Assembly: GCA_020137815.1 (NCBI GenBank)
Contig: CM035359.1
Span: 8,029,267 to 8,093,266, forward strand
Direction: 5' to 3'
From: Hormiphora californensis
Taxonomy: Eukaryota > Animalia > Ctenophora
Length of the DNA: 64,000 nucleotides
Of this stretch, positions 23,292 to 36,629 are shown in pieces (position 1 is the stretch's first letter; every line of letters starts with the position of its first letter). Both the position numbers and the translations under genes were made by a program. The notes under the pieces are model-generated. The model had not been told where the DNA came from. It was given only the letters and a program-made list of their open reading frames with translations, and searched no databases.

Positions 23292-25823
23292 TCTCTATTA
23301 TAATTTGGAGATGTCGCGTGATGGTCGTTCGTTCAGCGGTATCTAAGCGACAGTCTGCTCCTTCATAAAACACTTCAATGTGCCCAAAGCTGTAAAGCTG
23401 TTATTCACACTTTCTGAAGTTCCAGTGGAGGTTTATTAATATTTCGAATGACTTTCAACAAGCCAGTCCCCATAGTTACCAATTCAGTTGCCATGGCAAG
23501 GGGCGAAATGAACCACCCGGCGAAGCCGGGTGGGTTATCAAAAAGCCCTTACTTGAGGCGCACCCAATGGGTGCGCTAGTCTATATTATAATTTGGAGAT
23601 GAACGTCGAAGTGATTGCCGTTCGTTCAGCGGTATCTAAGCGACAGTGCTCCTTCATCAAAACACTTTATGTGCCCAAAGCTGTAAAGCTGTTGCTCAAA
23701 CTTTTTGAACTTCCAGTGGAAGTTTGTTAATACAGTCGGACCCCGATTTAGTGGCATCCTCGGGGGAAAAAAATCCTGCCACTAAATCGGGGTGCCACTA
23801 AATCGGGGAGGTCCATATTTGGCCCATAAAAACCTATTTTATGCCCAAAATGCTATACTAAGACTAAAAACACCTCTAACTGTTATATATGCAATATTCA
23901 TGTATTGATGACATGATAATTTCTAAATAGAAAACTTTAAAATAATTTTTTCAAAAAAAATGTGAAAAATTTTCTAAGTTATATACCCTGCTAACTTAAA
24001 TAATGCGCCAGTGGCGAGAAGTCCCACTAGCGCGCTCTCAGTAAACAGCCAGTCCAGCGGCAGATTATTTCCCACTGGCAGGTTATTTATTCTTAACTTC
24101 TAAGTAACATTCAAAGTGTGTGTAAATGATCAGTTCTTACTAAAATACAGAGGGAACACTATGTGCAACACTTACACACTACATTGGAGAGAAAGAAAGG
24201 ACACATTCCGTCAATTACTCTCTCTTTATCTCCCCTTTTGTCTCACTATCTCTTTCTCTGTGTTATTTGTGACATGCCCCTTATCAGGCTATTTCTTTCA
24301 CTCTCTTTCCTTAGCAACTGTTTAGTAACTGTTACCAAACAGTGTACACTCAATTGTGACGTGTTTTTAACTATTTCTCAGTTCTCTTTGTGTGTTTTGA
24401 TTAGTGTTCTCTCTCTTGTTGGTGTGTAATACTTGAAATAAACAACTAAAGCAGGGTATATAACCCATAAACTCTGACCACTGGCACGTTATAGGTTTAA
24501 ACCCCTCCGCCTCTCCCTCGGCTCCGCCTCGGGATCGTCGTCGTGATTTAAACCAGTTTATCCGCCAGCGGCGGATAAACTCCAGCTAACTTCTCCCAGC
24601 GGCGCGCTGGGAGAAAGTTATCTGAAATAACGCGCCAGTGGCCAGAGTTTATGCCTCATATACCAGCCCGTCCGATTTGTGTTTCGAATCAGTGCAGCTT
24701 ACTGGATGTCCTGTCTAATTAGCAGGTTCGAAACGGACCGATACGTGATACCATGCCGAATCGGGGCACCCTAAGCGGGTGAGGAAGTATCAAAATTTCA
24801 AAATAACTTTTTCTCTCAAAATTTATGGGGAGCACCGATCAAAGCATTGACAATCGTACTGTAAAATTTTGCAAAAAAAGTTTTAAAATTTTTTTAAAAG
24901 TATACCAGCCACGTCCGAATCGTGTTTCGAATCGGTGCATCTTATCGCATGTCCTGCTGCTAATTAGACGGTTCGGAACGTGATCCCCATCGAATCGAAA
25001 TCTTGACTCTTGGTGACCTTGTGATTCAATGGCCCCATGGGGATCACGTATCGGTTCGTTCCAAACCGTCTAATTAGCAGCAGGATATGCGATAAGATTC
25101 ACTGATTCGAAACACGATTTGGACGTGGCTGGTATTCCTTTGAAAAATTTTCAAAAACTTTCAAAAAAATTTCACAAATTAAAATTCAAAAAATTTTTGG
25201 GGGAAAAAAATCGTGCCACTAAATCGGGGTGCCACTAAATCGGGGGCCACTAAATCGGGGTCCGACTGTACTTTCGAATGACCTTTAACATGCCAGTCCC
25301 CATAGTTACCAATTCAGTTGCCATGGCAACCGTGTTTTTGACGTTGAAAGAGGCGAAAAGAACCACCCGGCGAAGCCGGTTGGGTTATCAAAATGCCCTT
25401 ACTTGAGGCGCACCCAATGGGTGCGCTAGTCTCTATTATAATTTGGAAATGTCGCGTCGAAGTTTTTTCATCCGATCGATATCAATAGGGTGTGTTTTCG
25501 AAAGCTCAGGATTAGCTTAGTCGATTAGAAAAAGAATTAATCTAATCCCATGTAGGATTTTTGAAAAAAATCGACATCAAAGATCAAAAAAACCACAAAT
25601 AAAAGACCGAGTACGAATGGGTGCTCCTTCATAAAAAAATTATGCGACCAAAGCTGTAAAGCTGTTGCTCACACTTTTGGAACAATTCAGTCCCCATAGT
25701 TACCACTTCAGTTGCCATGGCAACCGTGTTATTTCCGTTAAAAGTGGCAAAAACAACCACACGGCGAAGCCGTGTGGGTTATCAAAAAGCCTTTACTTGG
25801 GGCGCACCCAATGGGTGCGCTAG
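23292..25823 (+). mobile_element. Head-to-tail array of three Helitrons (23292-23579, 23580-25429, 25430-25823)
   Basis: CTAG|TC junctions at 23579/23580 and 25429/25430; second unit interrupted by the MITE at 23733. Duplicate array at 33718-34713. Confidence 0.85.
23733..25268. mobile_element. pogo/Tc1-like MITE with a nested insertion (about 23977-24660)
   Basis: TIR CAGTCGGACCCCGATTTAG; TA TSD confirmed by the empty site gtttgttaa-TA-ctttcg at about 34160; shorter family member at 50031-50881. Confidence 0.9.
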
Positions 25824-25990
25824 TAATAAGACATTTTTAAAACCAACCAAATTTCTTTGAGCTCAGTTTACACCCTTAAGACGGTTTCTGATTGAAAAAC
25901 GGAGACCACACTTATGAAAGATAATCGTCTAAACTTTCAGAAAATTATTGACAAAATTGAGAAAACGGAAACTCGAATTTCTTTGGTTAA

Positions 25991-26090
25991 NNNNNNNNNN
26001 NNNNNNNNNNNNNNNNNNNNNNNNNNNNNNNNNNNNNNNNNNNNNNNNNNNNNNNNNNNNNNNNNNNNNNNNNNNNNNNNNNNNNNNNNN
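25991..26090. other. Assembly gap (100 N)
   Basis: Run of n characters. Confidence 1.
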
Positions 26091-29000
26091 CACCGCGTTA
26101 GAAATCTCCTCGAACCTTAGAAATCCTGAGTACATTGGCGACCTTCCAGTCTCTCTCCGTTTCCTGTAGGGGAGCTGGAGTAGTGTGCTGGGAAGGGTTT
26201 GGTTTTTTTGCTGAGGTCTTTTCCTTCAAGTTCGCCACTTGTTGGTTTCGAGCTCGTTTCCCTTTGCCTGCGTCTTCATCATTGTTGTACACCAAAATGA
26301 TGTACGCTTGCTTTAGAATTCAGAGAGTAGCAGATAGAGAGAGCGAGCACGAAAGAGAGAGAGAGAGAGACGAACGAGAATGAGACCAGAGCTAAGAGAG
26401 AGAGAGACATGAGAGAGAGAGAGAGATAAGAGAGAAGAATAGGAGAGAGAGAGAGAGACAGAGAGATAGACCGGGAGATGGAGAAGGATAGCAACCTGAA
26501 TAAGTACCTCGAATAAGAGATTGAGAACGAGGATAAAGTAGAGCCTTCTGTATCTCCTGCTCAGTAAGTTGTCTTTGCTACAGCGCCACGTGTAACCCTC
26601 TACCCCATCTATGATAACGGCTATTAGTTTGTTGTGAACAGTGAAATGTAAGTTGATCCCTTCGCCAACTCCTTCATATTTCTTAATATGTATCTAATCT
26701 TACTATATATATTATGCTATATCTATATGAATATTTAGATATATTAACGCGGTGGGCGGAACTCTAGTTCTACGGACTCTTTATTCGAATCCAAGGCGGA
26801 CTCTATATCTCAAAAAAAACGGGACTCTTTAATCTCACAGTTTAGCTTTGACAAAAAGTTTACGCAGATCCTCACCTGGTGTATCTTTACGGCATCCAGC
26901 AGTCCGCCCTGTTCAGACTTCTTTATTCCCGTGCCCGGGGAGTCTCTCTTAGACACGCACGTGCTAACAAGATCATTCAGGTTTAGGAAATCACAGATTG
27001 TGTATGATTGACTAAAAGTGGTCCGTTCCGTCGCGTCGGACAACTCCTAACGGAGAAAAAGATAGAACAAATTTTAATTGTCCATGTGTATACAAACCTC
27101 TGCGCAAAATATTAGAATAGGTTATCTAAGTAACGTGATTTATAAATTGGATACAAGGTTACTAAGATTCATATCTAATTAGATCAGGAAAATGAGATTG
27201 AGAGACCCTCGGTTAGCCTCGAATTTGACATGAGTCTGATTTGAGGATGAGCACAAATTAATCTGTAGAATGCTATGTTCTAATGGCGTCATTAATAGCC
27301 TTGTTTCGACTTAACCGAGTACAAGCCAGCCAGCGCTTGTGACCGTCTGCTTCTGGTCCGAATGTTCCAGTTGTTGGAAAATCAAGTGGGGTGGAAGGTA
27401 GACAAAAACGCCTTACAACAAGTCCTGTCCTTCATGAAAAACTTTCATCTCACGCTTCGTTTGATTCCACAAAGGAAATGATATAACACACATTGTGGCG
27501 CGCAATTCGCGCTGATAAGCACTTTCCCCCATATCCACCTCGAAATCACTTTGGTTGGGGGGGCCCTACAGCCATGCTATGAAGTGGTAGAACGTCTTTC
27601 AACGCATGAACTACTCTGTCACACTGAGTGACTGAGGTTGAGATGCGGTTAAGTTGAGAGCACTTGGTAACCAACTGTGTGGTCTCCTAACTAGAATTGT
27701 TGCCTAACAACTGTCTGGTTACCATAGGAACTCTGCTTTGGGTTCCAAGCACACTGCCTTTGGTCCCATAGGCCACAACTTACCTAGTTACCACCTTAAG
27801 TAACCCATCGCATCAGCCAAAACTGCTCTCTGCAGCACAAAATCATCAGGAAATCCAGTTTTGAAGCTTTTCATCCAGATTTTAAGTCTCATTTGCGAGT
27901 ACCACGCATTTGAATCTAGATGGCCATAATTCCTTGTTAGACTATAGAGTCCTCTCAGACATTTTTGGCGCAAATCCTCCTCAACTCCGGACTCTAATGT
28001 ACTCAAATTCCTAACCCAACCCCCAACCTAAACCCTACCTCGAAACCCCAAATAACGGCCTTAACACTTCCTACATATTCTAGGGGTAGAGTAACTCTCG
28101 TGTTCCCCGGCCTAACAGGCCGAAAATCTCGAGTTTTCGCGGCGAGCAGGCTGATCTCTAATCTAGTCTTTGTTTAGAATTTTTTAGAGAAAGAGTCCGC
28201 CCTGTGTAGACTTTTTAGATCACGAGTCCTCCTAGAGTTTAGACTTTATTTTTGGAGACTCTTTCTAGAATCTAAATTTCGTAGGCAAACTGACGAACCT
28301 TTGCCCTCTCCGTGGTTTCATCATCTTATCTTCCCTCTCTGATTTCTACTCTCTTCTTCTCTCTCTCTCTCTCTCTCTTCTCTTCTCTCTCGTCTTTCTC
28401 TTCTTCTTCTCTCTCTCTTTCTCTCTCTCTCTCTCCTCTCTCTCTTCTTCTCTCTCTCTCTCTCTCGCTCTCTGACAGTCCTCTCTCTCTCTCGCCACTC
28501 CGTTCTCTCGGTGACGTCCGTCTGCTCGGAACGGCTCCGGATGCTCCTGTTCCTCTCTCCCTCTCTCTACTCGTCCACCGCAGGCTGGACTCGGGTCGGG
28601 GGCTAGCATGTCCTATCTTCTTTGTCTCGATCAGTACTCCCACTACCCTCTCTTCGGACTTGATCCCGGTTCATCGCCCTCCCCTTCGTGTTTTTCTACT
28701 CTCCTTGTTCGTTTATCCCCATCGATTATCCGGAACCCGGCCGGGCAAGGTGTCAGTTTTACAACAAAAGTATCACCTTTCCAGCCAACTATTTTTGTTA
28801 GTTTTTGGGCATAATTGGGGTATTTTTTGGTATTTTCTGATGTGAAATACAATGTAAGACATGTCTGGACGTAACAGCGTGTAAGGACCGTCAGGAATCG
28901 CTAAAATACGCGAAAATTTTCAATTTGACGTCATTGTGACGTCATGACGTTATAATGTCATGATAGGGAAGTATTATTATCAGGCTCATCTAGATACAAT

Positions 29001-29126
29001 GCTGACCAAGTTTGAGATCGATTGGACAAGATTTGAGGTCGCATAACGGCGAAAACGCACTATCGTCATATCTATTTTCATACAGTCTTAACACTTCAGA
29101 CCGCGATTTGAGACCCTTAAAATAGA
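26091..29126 (-). repeat. Error-rich inverted duplicate of about 34857-38155
   Basis: E.g. 26098-26340 mirrors 37925-38155 (TTPAPLQE in both), 26750-28300 mirrors 35460-36603; lacks the 36630 MITE. Confidence 0.8.
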
Positions 29127-29817
29127 AAAAAAAAGGGGGGGGGCCCGGGCAACCGAGCAGAGAGAGAGGGGAGCCGAGAGACGAGAGAAGGAGGGAGAGG
29201 AGGGGGAAGAGAGGGAAAAGGAAGAGAAAGGAGGAGAGAGGAGAGAAAAGAGAAGGGGAGAGGGAGAGAAGAGAGAGGAGGAGAAGAGAGAGGGGAAGAG
29301 AAGGAGTAAAAAAACGAAACGAGAGAGAGAAGAGTTTTAGTTTTGAGAGAGATAGGAATGAGTCTAGTTTAATATATTTTCCTAAAGGGTCTCTTTTTTC
29401 CTTCTCTCTCTTTATCTTCTTCTCTTTCTCTTCTAGCCTTATTCTTTCTCTTCTCCCCTCTTTTCTTCTCCTCTTTCTCTCTATTTTCCTTTTTTTCTTG
29501 CCTATCTGTTTTGTGTGTGATCCCTAAACCCTGTCCCCTTTTTAAAACCGTGTAACAAAAAAAATGATCGACAAGAACCAAACGGCTATAAAAAGAAACT
29601 CAAGTATCCCCAGCAAAACCTGTTTTGATTTGATAAAAAATAAAAAGTTTTTGCGAGCAAACAAGTAAACAAGGACTTTTTGCCCAAGGGTTTAAGTGAG
29701 ATTAACAAAAAAATTCGCCAGTTACCGGCCGACAGAGTTTACACCATGAAAGACCACCCGTGTTTTTTTATTAATCTAACCGGTTTCCCTTAGCCCCAAA
29801 TTTGATAAAAATGGCAA

Positions 29818-30627
29818 ATGTGTTTTTTTGACGGCTACAGTGAGCTGCCTGATGACTACTTTACCCGTCCAAACCTGATGTGCTACGAATGTGGCTCCCC
29901 TTCTCACCGTGAATGCTATGAGAACATCATTGATCCTAGCATTGGCATTCTCTATCGGTGCACATCATGTTCCCCACCCGCCACACACGAGAGCAATGTA
30001 GCCCCTGCTATTGATGAGTCTCGTGAGAATGATAACAGCGGAACAAAGGACGACAACAAGGACGACGATAATGATGGCAAGGATAGAAAGGATGATGAAA
30101 CACATCCTGCCAACTTACCAAAAAGGAGAACATTTGACCGCTCCTTGACAATTTGCAAATTTTTCCGAACAAACAGGTGCAAATTTGGAAACAATGGTAA
30201 AGGCTGCAAATTCTACCACCCCCCTGTATGTAGAAAATACAAAGAGTGGGGAACAGATGAACAAAGAGGGTGCAGCAAAGAAAGTGAATGTAAGTACTTC
30301 CATGTTAAACTATGCAAATCTGGAGGCCCTGATAGGAAGTGCAAGAAATCAAAGTGCCATCTAGTACATGTGAGAAGTAGGAAGAAGAATCCCCCTCCCC
30401 CCTCTGATAAAGTGATCCCCCCTGCTAAAACCAATCAGGTGTCGTATCAAGGACCACGTGCACAACAGAATTTTCTGACACTCGTGGAACAACTGACAGC
30501 TGCGATGGCAGCCCTCTCCCACGCCCCCAAAAAGAAGGGCAGGAATGCGAATTCTCAGAACCACTCTTGTTGTGCCCAGAAGGCGGCGGCAACAATTACA
30601 CACAGCTGTCCGAATTCTTGCTGCTAA
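29818..30627 (+). CDS. LINE ORF1 protein (PHD-like finger + three CCCH zinc fingers), CR1 group
   Basis: CYECGSPSHRECY...YRCTSC; CKFFRTNRCKFGNNGKGCKFYHP; CRKY...CSKESECKYFH; C...CKKSKCHLVH; overlaps the start of an APE ORF2. The true start may be upstream in noisy sequence. Confidence 0.8.
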   Translation: MCFFDGYSELPDDYFTRPNLMCYECGSPSHRECYENIIDPSIGILYRCTSCSPPATHESNVAPAIDESRENDNSGTKDDNKDDDNDGKDRKDDETHPANLPKRRTFDRSLTICKFFRTNRCKFGNNGKGCKFYHPPVCRKYKEWGTDEQRGCSKESECKYFHVKLCKSGGPDRKCKKSKCHLVHVRSRKKNPPPPSDKVIPPAKTNQVSYQGPRAQQNFLTLVEQLTAAMAALSHAPKKKGRNANSQNHSCCAQKAAATITHSCPNSCC

Positions 30628-31746
30628 ATGCTAGAGGAATAAACCCGACCTTCCTTGCACAACGCCACAAAGCAAAGCAAATTGCTGAATGGATGAGAGT
30701 TTCTAAGAAAAATGTTCCCTTCTTAGTTATGACTGAGACACATTTGAACTCAACTATTTTTGATGTAGAAGTTGAAATGGAAGGATTTTCGGTATTTAGA
30801 GCTGACCGTGTTCGAAGAAAACATGGCGGTGTGGCTATATACGTGAGAAACGACCTAGCAGTGAGCTCCCAAAATGTGTTCTCATCATCGTTTTGTGAAG
30901 CATCCATGGTCATGATTGATTCAGCAAATGTAGCAGTGATCGGTATCTACCGCCCACCAGCTTCCTTTTCTCATCCAGAAAGATGCTGTCCCCCGGAACA
31001 CTTCGAGAACTGTCTCACTGCTGTAAAAAAGTTTATTGAGGAGAATAACCCAACAAACGTGATCATATCCGGTGACCTTAATCTGCCATTTGTGAACTGG
31101 ACAGTCCCAGAAGTAACACCCGGCCTCAATGTACTTGTGTCTGAGAGACGTGCCGCAGAATCAACATTCGAGTTAATGAATTCTCTGTTCTTACACCAAG
31201 TTGTGAAAGAGCCCACCAGAAAAGGAAAAAATATACTCGATGTAATCCTAACTAACAATGAGAATATGATTCACAGCACTGAAGTAACTGCCACTACCCT
31301 CTCAGATCATGACCTTGTGTCCTGCTTTTTAGCTGCCAATGAAATTCCTGGCATCAATGGAAGAATGAAGGGCTCTTGCTATGAACTACTGGGAAAGACT
31401 AGTCCATCTTGACCTGTACTCCCTCCAAAGGAGAAGGGAAAGATTTAAGATCATATCAATGTGGAAAATTCACATCGGACTTGCCCCCGACCACTACAAT
31501 ATCTCATTCCGGAACTCTGTGAGGCATGGACCAACTGCTGAAAGGCCCATTGGCAAAGCCTCTCGTAAAGGAATAAATACCAAGATATTCAACGGATTCA
31601 CTTCCTCCGCTATTGGGCTGTTTAACTCAGTACCGGCAATGGTCAAGAATAAGGAGACCCTGGAAGGAATGAAATCTACCCTGGATAAACACTTATCCCA
31701 AATGCCAGACCAGCCTCCGACCAGAGGTTTACATGCGAAGGAATAA
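30567..31746 (+). pseudogene. Internally deleted LINE ORF2: APE endonuclease joined to the C-terminal tail, RT absent
   Basis: LLNARG, TETHL, RADR...GGVAIY, IYRPP, GDLN, ILD, SDH motifs, followed directly by NYWERL..L.LYSLQRRRER...PDQP typical of CR1-group ORF2 ends. Confidence 0.85.
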
Positions 31747-31912
31747 TAATAGCACGGGGACTGGTAATACTTCCCCCTTCAAAATATAGGGCGGGGTACC
31801 CCCCCTAAAAAAAAAGGGAAACCCGAGGATTTTTCCCCCCCTCTCATGACCTCTACCCCCTTTTAATCTTTTTTCCTCTTTTCTCTCTTCTCTTCTCTCT
31901 TTTTTGGATGGT

Positions 31913-34853
31913 TAACATATCAAATGTGTAGGTTGATTGTCCGTTCTTTTAAAAATTTAAGTTCCACCCCGTTTTGACCCCAACCCGCCCCAATTTGGCT
32001 TAACTTTTTTTGTTTTTTAAATCTGGGGCAAATTTTTTTTACGCTGTTCAATGGCTCAAGCCCGTTGAAAATGAGCCCCTTCGTGTGCCCCCATAAAAGG
32101 GGGTTTGCCCCCCCTTTTCCCCTGAAAATGACGACGGGGACGTATTTGCAGATATCTGAAAAAATGAGATTTCGGCTAATTCGGGAGTTTGGGGTTTTTT
32201 CTGGGGAATACTTGCAAAAAAACCCAAAAGATTTGCGAAGTATCGGGAAAATCGAAATTTTGCAGAAACGGTGCAGGAACTGGGGGTTTATAATTTGGAG
32301 ATGAACGGAAGTGGTCGTTCGTTAGGCGGTATTAAGCACCAGATGTCCTTTCATAAACACTTCATATACAAAGTGTAAAGCTTTTGTCCATTTTTGGAAC
32401 TCCAGGAAAAGTTTGTTGAATTTTCGAATGACTTTAACATACCGTCTCGGGTTTACCGATTATTTTGCCAGGCAACCGTGTTATTGTGTTAAAGGGGCAA
32501 AAAAGACCCCCGGCGAACCCGGGGGGTTATCAAAAAGCCCTTCTTGAGGCGCCCCCCAATGGGTGCGCTAGTTTATTTAATGTGAAATTTTGATTTTAAA
32601 AATTTTTTTTTCAAACAAATAAATCAAATAAAAAACTTTTATTTACTTTAATTTAACATAAAATTATTACAAAAAAATATTAAAAAAGAACCGTTTTTTG
32701 CACTTTGTTCAGTGGTGGTTTTGTCGGAAAGGGGAAACTCTAATGAATGGCATCCTTTAAGGGGATCCTCAACAAAAAAACTCTAAGATAATGGACCCGT
32801 GATGGTTCTTTCTTGTTTTCTCTGAGCACCCGGCCCGGGGAATGCCCGGGCACGGCGGGAGGCCTTAGTCTTTTCTGTATCTCTTGAGGAGGAATGATGT
32901 ATGCCACAGAGAGAAAGAGAAAGAACCATCACGTGGTTTCCATTATGTTAGGTTTTTTGGAGGGATCCCATTAATGGGATGCCATTCAGTTAGAGTTTCC
33001 CCTAAATGAGCGTCTTCGATGTCATGTCACACCCGCCAACACCATTGGTGTGAACATAGAAACCAAGAAATTAATTGAAAAAGTTTGAAATAATTTCGCA
33101 ACTTGCTGATTCGACAAAACCATTATAAACCCAACTTCGGGTTACCCGTCTTCGTGTTATTAGCCGTAATGCGCCACCCTGCATCCCCACCCAGTTTTTT
33201 CCAGTGTGGCTGGTTTTCTTGACATTATATGATTTATTGCGGCTAGCAGTGTTTGATTGATTGATTGATTGATTGATTGACGAGGGAAGCTTGCCTTTTG
33301 CAATCATAATAATAATTCTTGTTATTTCAGCATGGATGTAGTGGGAGTGGATACGATCATAACAACGGTGAATCATCAAGTAACCTAAATATTATATCAA
33401 TGAATGAGATCTGTTCAGGATTAAATAGGGAGGAAAATTAGAAAAATATCTGGCGAGGGCCGGGCTCGAACCGACAACCTCTGGGTTTCGCGTCCATTGA
33501 CTCTACCTATTGAGGTAGGTAGAGCAATGGACGCGAAACCCAGAGGTTGTCGGTTCGAGCCCGGCCCTCGCCACCAAAGAGGCGGGGGTAGCTCAATAGG
33601 TAGAGCAATGGACGCGAAACCCAGAGGTTGTCGGTTCGAGCCCGGCCCCTCGCCAGATTAGTTTTCATGTTCTAGGTCCAATCAGAACGTCGTGGACAAA
33701 CTGTCATAAAGATATAATCTCTATTATAATTTGGAGATGTCCGCGTGATGGTCGTTCGTTCAGCGGTATCTAAGGCGGACAGTCTGCTCCTTCATAACAC
33801 ACTTCAATGTGCCCAAAGCTGTAAAGCTGTTATTCACACTTTCTGAAGTTCCAGTGGAGGTTTATTAATATTTCGAATGACTTTCAACAAGCCAGTCCCC
33901 ATAGTTACCAATTCAGTTGCCATGGCAAGGGCGAAATAAACCACCCGGCGAAGCCGGGTGGGTTATCAAAAAAGCCCTTACTTGAGGCGCACCCAATGGG
34001 TGCGCTAGTCTATATTATAATTTGGAGATGAACGTCGAAGTGATTGCCGTTCGTTCAGCGGTATCTAAGCGACAGTGCTCCTTCATCAAAACACTTTATG
34101 TGCCCAAAGCTGTAAAGCTGTTGCTCAAACTTTTTGAACTTCCAGTGGAAGTTTGTTAATACTTTCGAATGACCTTTAACATGCCAGTCCCCATAGTTAC
34201 CAATTCAGTTGCCATGGCAACCGTGTTTTTGACGTTGAAAGAGGCGAAAAGAACCACCCGGCGAAGCCGGTTGGGTTATCAAAATGCCCTTACTTGAGGC
34301 GCACCCAATGGGTGCGCTAGTCTCTATTATAATTTGGAAATGTCGCGTCGAAGTTTTTTCATCCGATCGATATCAATAGGGTGTGTTTTCGAAAGCTCAG
34401 GATTAGCTTAGTCGATTAGAAAAAGAATTAATCTAATCCCATGTAGGATTTTTGAAAAAAATCGACATCAAAGATCAAAAAACCACAAATAAAAGACCGA
34501 GTACGAATGGGTGCTCCTTCATAAAAAAATTATGCGACCAAAGCTGTAAAGCTGTTGCTCACACTTTTGGAACAATTCAGTCCCCATAGTTACCACTTCA
34601 GTTGCCATGGCAACCGTGTTATTTCCGTTAAAAGTGGCAAAAACAACCACACGGCGAAGCCGTGTGGGTTATCAAAAAGCCTTTACTTGGGGCGCACCCA
34701 ATGGGTGCGCTAGTAATAAGACATTTTTAAAACCAACCAAATTTCTTTGAGCTCAGTTTACACCCTTAAGACGGTTTCTGATTGAAAAACGGAGACCACA
34801 CTTATGAAAGATAATCGTCTAAACTTTCAGAAAATTATTGACAAAATTGAGAA
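31913..34853 (+). repeat. Direct duplicate (probable second haplotype) of 21110-25975
   Basis: Same order of Helitrons, Harbinger MITE and tRNA-like repeat; lacks the 23733 MITE; error-rich until about 32960. Confidence 0.85.
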
Positions 34854-35290
34854 ACTCTATTTCTAAGGGTCTCAAATCGCGTCTGAAGTGTTAAGACTGT
34901 ATGAAAATAGATATGACGATAGTGCGTTTTTCGCCGTAGCGACCTCAAATCTTGTCCAATCGATCTCAAACTTGGTCAGCATCTGTATCTAGATGAGCCT
35001 GATAATAATACTTCCCTATCATGACATTATAACGTCATGACGTCACAATGACGTCAAAATTGAAATTTTCGTATTTTAGCGATTCCTGACGGTCCTTACA
35101 CGTTCTGTTACGTCCAGACATGTCTTACATTGTATTTCACATCAGAAAATACCAAAAATATACCCCAATTATGCCAAAAACTAACAAAAATTAGTTGGCT
35201 GGAAAGGTGACTACTTTTGTTGTAAAACTGACACCTTTGCCCGGCCCGGGTTCCGGATATCATCGATGGGGTAAATCAGGGAGTTTGAGA

Positions 35291-35429
<139 letters not shown>

Positions 35430-36629
35430 TAGAAATCAGAGAGGGAAAGATAATGATGAAACCCGGAGAGGGCAAAGGTGTCAGTTTGCCTAAATTTAGA
35501 TTTAGATAAAGAGTCCAAATAAGTCTAAACTCTAGGAGGACTCTTTATCTAAAAAGTCTACACAGGGCGGACTCTTTATCTAAAAATTCTAAACAAAGAC
35601 TAGATATAGAGTCCGCCTTTCGCCGCGAACTCGAGATTTCGGCCGTTAGGCCGGAAACGAGAGTTTACTCTACCCCTATACTAATTTAGAAGTGTTAAGG
35701 CCGTTATTTGGGTTCGAGGTTAGGGTTAGGTTTTGGGTTGGGTTAGGATTTTAGACATAGAGTCCGGGTTGGAGGATTTGGCGCCAAAATGTACTAGAGG
35801 ACTCTATATCTAACAAGAATTATTGCATTATGTATTCATAATGCGGTGTTTCCCTGCCAAATGGATTTAAAATTGATGAATAAGCTTCAAAACTGGATTT
35901 CCTGATGAATTTTGTGCTCAGAGAGCATTTTTGGCTGATGCGATGTTGGTTACTAAGGTAACTAGGTAAGTTGCTATGGTAACCAAAGGCAGTTGCTATG
36001 GTAACCAAAGCAGTTCCTATGGTAACCAGGACAGTTGTTATGGCAACCAATTCTGTTGCTTAGGAGACCCCAGTTGGTTACCAAGTGCTTCAACTTTAAC
36101 CGCATCTCAACTCGAGTCACTAGTGTGACAGTAGTTTCATGCTTGAAAGACGTTCTACCACTTCATAGCATGGCTGTAGGGCGCCCAAAGTGATTTCAGG
36201 TGATAGTGGGAAGTGCTATCAGCGAGTAATTGCGCGCCACAATGTGTGTTAATCATTTCCTTTGTTGAATCAACGAAGCGTGAGATGAAAGTTTTATGAA
36301 GGAGCAGACTTGTTGTTAGGCGTTGTCCGTGACGGACGGACGGACACTTTTAGTTAACTACACAATCTGCTGATTTCTAAACCCTGAATGATCTTTTTAG
36401 CACGTGCGTGCTAAGAAGATCACCCGGGCAGGGAAAAAATTCTACACAGGGCGGACTCTTTATCTAAAAAGTATACACAGGGAGGACTCTTTATCTAAAC
36501 TTTTTTCAAAATCTAACTGTAGATAAAGAGTCCGTTTTTAGATATAGAGTCCGCCTTGGATTTAGATAAAGAGTCCGTTAGCACTAGAGTCCGCCCACCG
36601 CGTTATATATATATATATATATATATATA

